From: Pseudomonadota bacterium
GTDB lineage: Bacteria; Pseudomonadota; Gammaproteobacteria; Ga0077536
Assembly (NCBI GenBank): GCA_043734785.1
Contig: JAYTEX010000279.1
Location: 1 to 53,735, forward strand
Length of the DNA: 53,735 nt
Direction of reading: 5' to 3'
Of this stretch, positions 13,664-21,974 are shown piece by piece. Within the stretch, counting starts at the first letter, position 1. Every line of letters begins with the position of its first letter. The notes below the pieces were generated by a model, which worked only from the letters and a program-made list of their open reading frames with translations, made no database searches and was not told where the DNA came from. Made by a program: the position numbers and the translations under genes.

Positions 13664-14272
13664 TGGATGCTCCCTTTCTGTTGATGCTTCTAATAGGCAA
13701 GATTTCTGGCGAGTCTTCTCCACCCGACACATCTAAGACACCCGTTCTGTACGGACGCTGGAGATAGACCCGACGCTTGCACATGACCGCAGAGTACTCA
13801 AGATGCGACTGAGTTTCCACGCTGCACTGCGGTTCATTCGATGAGCTCGACAAGCGAAGGATCAGATGCGATCGTCTTCGAGGCCGCTGGATTTTCGATG
13901 CTCACGATCACCTTCAGCGCACCACCACAGATCCCTGCCTACCCACGTGTTAATTTTCGGCGCCTCATCCAGCAAAAAAATGGCCGTGCCACCCACACAG
14001 AGCGGCATCGCACTCAAGCTGCTTGCTGTGGTTGAAAAGCACGGCTTGAAGGTGCTGGCATGAGCTTGCGCCACCGCTTCCTGCACATTCTGCTCGCAAC
14101 ATCGAGCGCGCCGCAGACTTTGCTGCAGGCATATAAGTGGGACGTCCTCGACGCGCAATGGCAACCGACCGCACCCGCTGTGGCGCCAAGCACGGGGCGG
14201 ACTGACCCGGCCGCCCTGGTCGCCGCTGCACAGCAAGGCGACCTCGCCAAAGTTAAACAGCGGCTAGGGTTG

Positions 14273-14402
14273 CTGCGCCGCTCACCGAATTTCTGGGCTC
14301 AAAGAGGGAGACGGGTTTTCGAGTGGGGCGGATCGAAGCGGGTGAACAGGCTGAGCGAGGAGTCTACGAGCACGTTCTGGCCTGAGTAGGGTGCAGCGGC
14401 AC
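14273..14402 (+). pseudogene. Displaced, degenerate copy of the purM 3' end (direct repeat copy 2)
   Basis: In the purM frame it reads [35 protein letters not shown]. purM itself reads [35 protein letters not shown]. No upstream purM body is attached. Confidence 0.8.
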
Positions 14403-14525
14403 GTTACGTAGGCGATGAGAGCCATAACGCCAATCGCCGCACGACGTGACTGCCGTCGTTGTGAGCGCCCCACCACACGCGATCGTTATTCCATGGCGGT
14501 AGTCGTGGTCGCCACCCGTCGGTGG

Positions 14526-15290
14526 CTAAGGGGGGCTGCGTCCCTCCTCAATCGCCGTGAGGAAGCCCCTGAGGATGCGCACCTCGCTGCGCCTCAAATC
14601 ACTCCGATTAAGCAAGCGTTGAAGCCGGATGGGCAAGCGCTTGGGGCGTGCCGGATTGAAGAACCCCACACTCGCCATCACACGCGTGAGGTGCTGAATC
14701 GCCTCTGCCACCTCGTGCGCGCTCGCCATGGGTTCGTGATCATGGGTCGCCATCGGCATTTCCGCCCGCGACGCCATCCGCAGTTCATAGGCGCATATCT
14801 GCACCGCGTGCGCGATATTCAATGAACTGAAGGTCTCCTCTGTTGGAATGCGGATCACACGTTGGCACAACGCCAATTCCTCATTCGATAGGCCCGACTG
14901 TTCGCGGCCGAAAACGATGGCGCATTGCGTGGAATCCGGCAGCACCGATAGCTCAAGCGCAAGTTGACGCGGGGTGCCCACCGGCCATTCGAGGTGACGT
15001 GAGCGCGCGGTCGTACCAATCACCATCCCGCAATCGGCGATCGCGTGCGCGAGATCCTCATGACAGATTGCGCGCATCAGAATATCGTCCGCACCGGAAG
15101 CTCTAGCCGTGGCGGCGACGGACGGGAATTCACGCGGATTCACCAGCGCAAGTCGGCTCAAGCCCATGGTCTTCATGGCCCGCGCGACCGCTCCGATATT
15201 GCCGGGGTGCGAAGTCTCGACCAGCACGATGCGAGTCCTGGACAGCAGCGTCGTGTCTACTGGCGGCCTCAAGGTCCCGTCGTTTTCCAT
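14526..15290 (-). CDS. trmJ: tRNA (cytidine/uridine-2'-O)-methyltransferase, SpoU/TrmH class
   Basis: From the ATG at 15288-15290: MENDG...RIVLVETSHPGNIGAVARAMKTMG...IVFGREQSGLSNEEL...IPT...SLNIAHAV. About 255 aa, as for TrmJ. Confidence 0.85.
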   Translation of the reverse strand: MENDGTLRPPVDTTLLSRTRIVLVETSHPGNIGAVARAMKTMGLSRLALVNPREFPSVAATARASGADDILMRAICHEDLAHAIADCGMVIGTTARSRHLEWPVGTPRQLALELSVLPDSTQCAIVFGREQSGLSNEELALCQRVIRIPTEETFSSLNIAHAVQICAYELRMASRAEMPMATHDHEPMASAHEVAEAIQHLTRVMASVGFFNPARPKRLPIRLQRLLNRSDLRRSEVRILRGFLTAIEEGRSPP

Positions 15291-15507
15291 CGCATCGAGT
15301 CCCCTATCCGTTAAGATCGCGCGCCATTGTAGAGGTGAAGTAACGCTGAGGTGTGGCGATGCACTCCATGTTGGATATCGCGGTGCGCGCCGCGTAACGA
15401 CGGACTTGAACAATCTCAGCGATGATCTGCCCAATGGTTTTGGCCCGCAGGGTAGACGCCTTGGCGCGACATCCAATAAGCACCTAAGCAAAACGCCGGC
15501 AGCGACC

Positions 15508-16077
15508 TCACGCGACGTCGGTGCCGGCATAGAGCTCGGCAAGACGCAAGGGCACGCCCGGTATGCCGGCGGCGATGAGCAAGGCATGATCATCGGTCAG
15601 CTCCGTTGTCGTCCACCGTCCGTCGTCGCCACGCGTGTGGGACTCGACGCGACGCTCGTCCTGGCTGACAATCCAGTAGCTGCGCAGGCTAGGTAATTTG
15701 CGATAGGCGGCGAGCTTTTCACGACGGTCCGTGCCCGCCGTAGAAGGACTCAACACCTCGACAACCAAGGTCGCATCTGAGGCCACATTACGCTCGCCGG
15801 CCAGGCCAACGCCACAGAGAACAAAAACGTCAGGGTAGTAAACGCTATCGACCGTTTGGACATGCAGCTTCATGTCATTAATAAACGCCTGGCAGGGCGT
15901 GCTTGCTGTACGTTGGAGCAAAGCGCTGTAAATGTTGCCGGAAATTCGGTTGTGCCGCATCGAGCCGCCCACCATCGCATGCACATAACCGCCGACGTAC
16001 TCATGCCGGATTTCGCTGGTGTCCTCGAACGCCAGGTAATCAATCAAGTCAACAGGGCTTTGCAGCGCGTGGGCCAT
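15508..16077 (-). CDS. Uma2 (DUF820) family PD-(D/E)xK-like endonuclease, copy 1
   Basis: MAHALQSPVDLIDYLAFEDTSEIRHEYVGGYVHAMVGGSMRHN...PDVFVLC...LVVEVLSPSTAGTDRREKLAAYRKL. This is the classic Uma2 layout. Confidence 0.8.
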   Translation of the reverse strand: MAHALQSPVDLIDYLAFEDTSEIRHEYVGGYVHAMVGGSMRHNRISGNIYSALLQRTASTPCQAFINDMKLHVQTVDSVYYPDVFVLCGVGLAGERNVASDATLVVEVLSPSTAGTDRREKLAAYRKLPSLRSYWIVSQDERRVESHTRGDDGRWTTTELTDDHALLIAAGIPGVPLRLAELYAGTDVA

Positions 16078-16355
16078 GATCCATCTTAGGTCACCGCGCC
16101 TGCCACGATCAACCTGGTCGCAGGCGTGCTTCCTTCTCGTGCACGTCGATGGGGATCCCAATCCACTTGATTCTGTGGAAAGGCGCGATTTGACCACAGA
16201 CGTCTCGATAGTCGATTAGCCCTCGCTATCGACTTTTCCTCGTCTGCTGGGTCACACAAACGATGTCTGCCGCCGCCGGCGAATGACAGGCCGTGCATTC
16301 CATAGGCTATCGCACGGCCGCTTCCGACCTCGGCATCAGAGGAATGCGCTCGCCA

Positions 16356-17504
16356 TCACCACGCAGCCTCGAGCAATGCGAGAACCTCTGATGACTTGGT
16401 AATTGGACGCGGATTGGTCGGAATCCACATGTCGTGCATGGACTCATCCGCGATCCGCGGCAACAGCTCGCGTGGCACATCCGCATCGCGCAGACGACCA
16501 GGCAAATCGAGGCTTGCCACGAGCGCTTGCACAATATCGGCAGCTTCCTCGCCGGGATTACCCATCGCGGTCGCGAGGCTCGCCTGGCGTTCGGCATTCA
16601 CTGCACGGTTGAAGCGCAGCACATGGGGGAGCATCACGCATGACGTTTCACCGTGCGGCATGCCGGCGGTGCCGCCAAGCATGTGACCAATCCCATGGCT
16701 CGCGCCAAGATCGACCCCGGTCGCGACGCCCTGAACCGACAGCCACGCGCCGATGAGCGCATCGAGACGCGGCCCAAGTGCGGCGGCGTCGGCCTGGCAG
16801 GCACGCAGCGCGGGTACCAAGAGACGGAGCGCATGCAGCGATGTGGCCTCGACCATGGGCGTTACATTGATTGAGCACCATGTCTCGACGGCGTGGTCGA
16901 CGGCACGGATACCCGTACCGGACCAAAGCCGAGGTGGCGTGGCAATGGTCATCGCCGCGTCGAGGATGACAATAGTCGGCGCCGCTTGCGCCTGCCAGAA
17001 TAATTCTTTGCGTTGAATCCGTTCATCTGTGACGCCGGCATAGCAGGTGAATTCGCCGGCCGACAGAGTGGTCGGAATCGCGATGAACGGTACGCTCGGT
17101 GAGTTGGTGCGCGGGTCGGGGGCGCGCAAGCGTGTGATGTCATCGCTGGTCGTCACATCATTCGCCAGACACAGCCGCGCGACCTTGATCGCATCGCAGA
17201 CCGAGCCGCCGCCAAAACCGATCACCGCATCGGCGCGATGTTCGCGCAGCGCTGACGCGATGCGGATAACGTCGTCACGCGGTGAATGCGCGGCCACGCC
17301 GGTCACTCGTGCCACCACCCGCGAGCCGAGCGCGGCAAACACGAGGTCGGCGAGGCCCCCGGGCCGCGCTAGGCTGCTGTTGGTAACGAGCACCACCCGT
17401 CGAGCGCCAAGTCTCTCCAGCTCGGCCTCGAGCGCTTGCGCCATCGGTGTGCCGTAAATGACGGTCTGTTGTGGGGGTGGCGTAAATCGCCCGGATTTTG
17501 TCAT
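16356..17504 (-). CDS. Iron-containing alcohol dehydrogenase family (maleylacetate-reductase-like)
   Basis: 382 aa from the ATG at 17502-17504. It carries VVLVTNSSL, GFGGGSVCDAIK and GASHGIGH..GG motifs of the Fe-ADH superfamily. Confidence 0.8.
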   Translation of the reverse strand: MTKSGRFTPPPQQTVIYGTPMAQALEAELERLGARRVVLVTNSSLARPGGLADLVFAALGSRVVARVTGVAAHSPRDDVIRIASALREHRADAVIGFGGGSVCDAIKVARLCLANDVTTSDDITRLRAPDPRTNSPSVPFIAIPTTLSAGEFTCYAGVTDERIQRKELFWQAQAAPTIVILDAAMTIATPPRLWSGTGIRAVDHAVETWCSINVTPMVEATSLHALRLLVPALRACQADAAALGPRLDALIGAWLSVQGVATGVDLGASHGIGHMLGGTAGMPHGETSCVMLPHVLRFNRAVNAERQASLATAMGNPGEEAADIVQALVASLDLPGRLRDADVPRELLPRIADESMHDMWIPTNPRPITKSSEVLALLEAAW

Positions 17505-17940
17505 GTCAGCGAACTCCTTCGGGGTTGCGATGCTTAGTTTCGATGATCGATTGTGACTGTAACGCGTGGGTGGGAAGCATGCTAGAACGGGATCGCAAGG
17601 GGATAATCCGAAGGAGGATAATCCAGGACACCCTCCTCTCCAGTCGCTTCGCCTGTTCTGGTCATCATGCCGTCGATAATTACCCCGCCGGAGAGTGCCG
17701 TCGCCTCCATCAGTGTGCGACGCCCACTTGCTGTGTTCACCCATTTCTATCTCCTGCCGAACATGCAACCTTCGCTGAACGCACAATAAATCTGTCGCCT
17801 TTCTGCTTCTGCTTTCGGTGGGTCGTCGTATACTCTGCTGAGATCGCGGCATATTGTCGACGATGGGCAACTGGCGGCGTGGTGGGTAACTTAATGGTTA
17901 TGGGACGGTGGACGTTCTTCAATTTTTCCTGAGGTGCGGC

Positions 17941-18453
17941 ATGCACGCTTTTACTTTTGAAAAACTGAATGTGCCAGCGTTGGTCGCGCGCTGGCGAGAA
18001 ATTATCCAGGACGAGAACGTCCCGGATTTTTGCGAACTCGATGAATTCGGAGAAATCGAAGTGAATCCTCCGCCGTCATTCAAACACCAGCAGTGGGTTG
18101 CCGCAATCGGACGACGGATGGAAACGCAGCTTGGCGGGGAGTCCGGGAGTTACGCCTTAGCGACCGCAATCGGTGTGCGTTTCTCCGATGTCTGCTGGGC
18201 GAAAAATTTTAGCGAGCTTGCGCGCGATGGCGGATCTGATCCGCTGACAAAAATGCCGCCGATCTGCGTTGAGGTTTTATCGCCCGGCAACCGGCGCAAG
18301 AAAATAGAATCCACCGTTGCCGCATACCTGACGGCTGGCGTCGAGGAGGTGGTGCTCGTTGAACTCGACGGACGCGTGCGGTGGTTCGATCGAAGCGGCG
18401 AACGCCCCAACAGCCAATTTGACCTAACACTCGATTTTGCAGACCTGAAGTAA
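17941..18453 (+). CDS. Uma2 (DUF820) family endonuclease, copy 2 (divergent)
   Basis: MHAFTFEKL...EIEVNPPPSFKHQQ...PPICVEVLSPGNRRKKIESTVAAYLTAGVEEVVLV. The EVLSPGN...K core is conserved. Confidence 0.75.
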   Translation: MHAFTFEKLNVPALVARWREIIQDENVPDFCELDEFGEIEVNPPPSFKHQQWVAAIGRRMETQLGGESGSYALATAIGVRFSDVCWAKNFSELARDGGSDPLTKMPPICVEVLSPGNRRKKIESTVAAYLTAGVEEVVLVELDGRVRWFDRSGERPNSQFDLTLDFADLK

Positions 18454-18633
18454 CCGCTGTCCCCTTTGCCATTTTCTGAACTTCGAACCATCTAGCCGGG
18501 GGTTAGAGCCTGTCTAGGCGCATCAATTTTCTACGTTAAACTGACGCGGTTGGTGGCTGGCGCGTAATATTTTGTCGGTTGAGCCGAGCGAAAGCTTGCA
18601 AAATCGCGCGCAGACACGAAACCCGCTCGGGTT

Positions 18634-18800
18634 GTTGGGGTGAGCTTGCGAAGCCCAACAGTGAGTAGACCCGCTCGCTGCGGATACTCGGATTCGCGAC
18701 GACGCGGTCACCCGGCGGATAATGGATGTTGGGGTTCGCGGCGCTCACCCCAACCTACGTTGAACACGCTGCCCGCATGCGCTTCGGCGGCGATAGAAGC
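18634..18800. repeat. REP-like mosaic repeat, modules B then A
   Basis: Module B (about 18634-18716) contains gagcttgcgaagcccaac...cggattcgcgacgacgcggtcac. Module A (about 18724-18800) contains the gttggggttcgcggcgctcaccccaac hairpin followed by ...gcccgcatgcgcttcggcggcg. Both recur at 21975-22143 in the order A then B. Confidence 0.75.
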
Positions 18801-18804
18801 GACT

Positions 18805-19122
18805 TTTTCAGGGACGACTATCTAGCGAGGCTTACGTCATCTGGAAGGCGACGCAACCGCTGCGACACGAGTTCGTCAATGGCGAGTTTTTTGCGATGGT
18901 CGGTGGAACCCGCCAACACGAGACGATAGCGCTTAACTTGGCGTCGTGGCTGAGAAACCGGTTAAGTGGATCGCCGTGTCGTGCTTACACCGACGGTATG
19001 AAGGTCTGTGTCGAAGCCGTCAATGCGTATTGCTACCAGGACGTATTCGTCACCTGCTCCGAGAGAGATCACCAAGCCAGCGATGATCTGACTAAGCCGC
19101 AGCTTATTATCGGTAAGCGATC
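18805..19122 (+). pseudogene. Uma2 family endonuclease, copy 3: frameshifted and truncated by IS66
   Basis: RDDYLARL is in one frame. WKATQPLRHEFVNGEFFAMVGGTRQHETIALNL...QDVFVTC...KPQLII follows in another. The reading frame stops exactly where the EVLSP motif should follow, at the IS66 left inverted repeat. Confidence 0.65.
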
Positions 19123-20111
19123 CATAAACACCATTCTTCCAAGCCCTTAGGGGTTGTGACACGTTGTTCTCCTTTGCGAGGAGCACGTGATGTCGAATCA
19201 TTCATCGTTGACTGAACGCCAGCAATTTTGGTTGGAGCACTCGCAAAGTCGCGGCTGCGTCAACGCGGGATATGGCCAGCGACGGGGCCGCATTTCGTGC
19301 GTGTGGAGGCTGTGGTCAGTACCGCAGCGGCGGTGCCGGGCCTTTATCGGGTGTCGTTGCCGACAAGGGTTACCTGCAAACCGATGGCTATGCCGGTTAT
19401 CACGCGGTGGTTGCCGCCAATGGCCTCACCCCGCTCTATTGCTTCGCGCATGCCCGACGCTATTTTACCGACGCCCTCAAGGCGCTCGGCTTGAACCCGA
19501 ACAAGCTACCACTGATACCGCCCGACAAAGCCCGCCGGCCGCTGAAGGCGCTCAACTTCATCCGCCATCTGTACGTCATCGAGCAGCGTATCCGAACGTC
19601 AACGCCGCAAGAGCACCTTGCCGCACGTCAGGCCGAGAGTGCGCCCGTCTTGAAAGCGCTTCGCGCCTGGCTCGATCAACTTCTACCGAAAGTCGTGCCC
19701 AGCAGTCCGCTCGGCAAAGCCCTCGGTTACCTTGACCGTCACTGGCAGGGCCTCGGGGTGTACTGCGCGGATGGCCGGATCGAAATCGACAACAAACGCT
19801 GCGAGAACGCCATCCGCCCCTTCGTCACCGGGCACAAAAACTGGTTGTTCAGTGACACCGTCCAAGGTGCGCAGGCCAGCGCCAACCTTTATTCTCTGAT
19901 TGAAACGACTAAGGCCAACGGGCTCGAACCCTATGCCTATCTGCGCCGCGTGTTCACCTTACTGCCGTAGGCCACCACCGTCGCTGACATCGAGGCCCTG
20001 CTGCCCTGGGCAAAACCCGCCAGCGCCTGATTCCTCTGTTGATCAACGTATCGCCCTGGCCAGCAACCGTATTCGGGAATTACACGGTTACGCGGTTCGT
20101 GGACCGCTTAC
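19123..20111 (+). mobile_element. Internally deleted IS66-family element (about 0.99 kb)
   Basis: The terminal inverted repeats are gtaagcgatccataaacac (left) and the reverse complement gtaagcggtccacgaaccg (right). Inside lie a decayed TnpA-like start (MSNHSSLTERQQFWLEH) and only the C-terminal part of the TnpC transposase. Confidence 0.8.
19272..19970 (+). pseudogene. IS66 transposase (TnpC) C-terminal fragment with premature stop
   Basis: GYLQTDGYAGY...IDNKRCENAIRPFVTGHKNWLFSDT...LIETTKANGLEPYAYLRRVFTLLP*. The in-frame continuation ATTVADIEALLPWAKP after the TAG shows a nonsense mutation. The N-terminal two-thirds is missing. Confidence 0.8.
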
Positions 20112-20148
20112 GATTAATTTTTAATCCCTCCGTCCTGTTTTATCAAAG

Positions 20149-21528
20149 TCAGTGACCGTCCCAGTTCCTCTCAAAGGTCATTGCTCGCACAGACAACAGC
20201 AATGCGAACCACGCCGGCACCCACGCAAGGATGTTTGACAACTCAACCCATTCCAGCGGGATTCCTAAATGCAGCTGAAAAATTCTCCGTCCGAAGCCCA
20301 GACAAAGCAGGAGTGAAAGCGAGGCGAGGATTACGACTGAACGTGACGAGCTTTGTTCAAAGAGAAGGTAAACAACTGGGAATAACAGCAGCACCAAGTA
20401 ATGCTGCCAAACAAGCGGGGATAGCGCCAGCGTAACGATAAGTCCGAAGCTGACCGCAAGGTATAAACGATGACCGCCGTTCGCGTCGGCCGACAATGTC
20501 GGGAACCAGACGCTACGAGGGAGTAATAGTCCAATCGTGCACAAGAGACCACCCCCGATTGCGGCAGCGGCAAGAAGTATTGTCACGTTCAGTTCTTTTG
20601 CCAAGTAACTCGTGGTCGAAAAATTTCCAGCACTCATCGGGTACGAAATTCGTAGAGCATTTGATGTCAATTCACGATACCAATCCAACCACACACCCCA
20701 AGTTCCGAAATACAGGCATGGCAATAGAGCCAACAGTACGGTCGAGAGTGCAACGCCGACCGCCCACGTCACCCGCCCGACGGGAGTCATCTTTCCAAAC
20801 AACACCCAGATCAATAGCAGCGCGCTAAGCGTTAGCGTTGGTTTGAACAACAGGATCACAGCAAGCATCAGGACGATACCGACTTGCGAAAAACGATGTA
20901 GATGGCGCAATTTGATGAGCAGAACGGTGACGCAAGTCATTGCTAATAATTGCAGTGCATTCGTATTGCCAACATTTACGTCTAGCAAAAGTGGGTCGTA
21001 AGCGAGGCATAGCAGAGCTGCGAATATCAGTGGGAAAAACCAGTGGCCGGAGCGGGTCATGCCGATTATCGAGACGGCGATCCAAGCACTAGCAATCTGA
21101 ACAAGTCGATATCTTGTTAAGAAGGTTAAATAATCCGCCGGTGCGAGAGCATGCATGTAGTAGAGGAGAGGTGTCGCGGTTAAATCGAAGGGTAGTGACA
21201 CGTTCGCAATGCGCGCAAGAACCGTTTGCTCGGTTACTGCGAGCAATTGTTTGAGCGCGGCTGCATATTCATCGGGGGCTAGATAGGGGCTTCCTAACTG
21301 ACCGGGGTAAGCCTTATGCACCGCACCAATGGCCCAGAACCTGAACAAGTCAATTCCAGGTGAAGAAAGCGCGTGTGGCCATAAGGAGATAGAGGAAATC
21401 GCACAGACAGCGATGACCAAAAGCAGACCGAACGGCGCGAGGCATCGCATATTTAAGCCATACCCATCTTCCGGTTGAACTCTACGACGCCAGGAAATTC
21501 TAGTGTCAGCCCAAAGCCACTTTAACAA
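20149..21528 (-). CDS. Polytopic membrane protein, GT-C-fold/DUF2029 (GT87)-like glycosyltransferase candidate
   Basis: 459-aa ORF (alternative ATG at 21450) with more than 10 hydrophobic segments. GC content is visibly lower than in the flanks. The family assignment is tentative (YDPLLLDVNVGNTNALQLL loop). Confidence 0.55.
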   Translation of the reverse strand: MLKWLWADTRISWRRRVQPEDGYGLNMRCLAPFGLLLVIAVCAISSISLWPHALSSPGIDLFRFWAIGAVHKAYPGQLGSPYLAPDEYAAALKQLLAVTEQTVLARIANVSLPFDLTATPLLYYMHALAPADYLTFLTRYRLVQIASAWIAVSIIGMTRSGHWFFPLIFAALLCLAYDPLLLDVNVGNTNALQLLAMTCVTVLLIKLRHLHRFSQVGIVLMLAVILLFKPTLTLSALLLIWVLFGKMTPVGRVTWAVGVALSTVLLALLPCLYFGTWGVWLDWYRELTSNALRISYPMSAGNFSTTSYLAKELNVTILLAAAAIGGGLLCTIGLLLPRSVWFPTLSADANGGHRLYLAVSFGLIVTLALSPLVWQHYLVLLLFPVVYLLFEQSSSRSVVILASLSLLLCLGFGRRIFQLHLGIPLEWVELSNILAWVPAWFALLLSVRAMTFERNWDGH

Positions 21529-21730
21529 AGGTATAAGACACGCGCCTAGAGCAAAAGCGCCGCGGCTTCCGCCGCATGACGAGAATCAAGTGCGCTTTAC
21601 AACACTCGCTGGCAATCCGTGTTTCCCCGGATTGAAATACGCGACGACATATGAGTCAGGCGATAGCTGCCGCTTGCGGCGGAAGGCGCTGCGCTTTTCC
21701 GCCCTATAGGGCTATTTGGCCTTGAGACGG

Positions 21731-21814
21731 TGCCGGGCGGGGGACTCGAACCCTCACATGGTTGCCGATACCCGTTTTTGAGTCTGGCGCGTCTACCCAT
21801 TCCGCCATCCCGGG
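21731..21814 (-). tRNA. tRNA-Leu(CAA)-like class-II tRNA, possibly a pseudogene
   Basis: Reverse complement: CCCGGGATGGCGGAATGGGTAGACGCGCCAGACTCAAAAACGGGTATCGGCAACCATGTGAGGGTTCGAGTCCCCCGCCCGGCA. It has a Leu-type D-arm, a CUCAAAA anticodon loop and a GGTTCGAGTCC T-arm. Hand folding gives 5 stem mismatches and CCA is not encoded. Confidence 0.55.
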
Positions 21815-21974
21815 ACGGGACGCCACATAGAGAAAGCCGCCCGCCTTTATGCGCAGAAAGACTCTGGCGGTCGCGCGGAATTGCTCATTGAGCGGCTAAT
21901 CTCGTCAACCCGGGCGCTGGCGCCTATTCGGGCCAGTAAATCGCCCAAGCCCGGGGCGCGGTTGCACCGTGGCA

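Noticed and set aside
12933-13853. 306-aa minus-strand ORF overlapping the 12971..13663 membrane-protein gene in another frame.
   Set aside because: The alternative frame (12971..13663) gives a coherent polytopic membrane protein with an AGGGAG SD. The 306-aa frame is Arg/Gly/Ser-rich and low in complexity, with no features.
13862-14236. A 'GGTAIFLLDEAP' stretch on the minus strand reminiscent of a sigma54-activator or AAA+ Walker B motif (GGTLFLDE).
   Set aside because: No Walker A, GAFTGA or other AAA+ motifs are present in the surrounding frame. This is an isolated short resemblance.
14060-14389. 109-aa ORF spanning the displaced purM fragment.
   Set aside because: It reads the purM-derived sequence out of frame. 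Its upstream part has only a short ankyrin-like fragment. It is best explained as chance read-through of decayed sequence.
21731-21816. The idea that the odd tRNA is a tRNA-Sec, given a possible 8-bp acceptor pairing, a TCA triplet in the loop and a 'selenium-binding protein' gene nearby.
   Set aside because: Reading TCA as the anticodon would put C at the invariant U33 position. The D-arm and loop context are Leu(CAA)-type. SBP56 proteins do not contain selenocysteine codons here.
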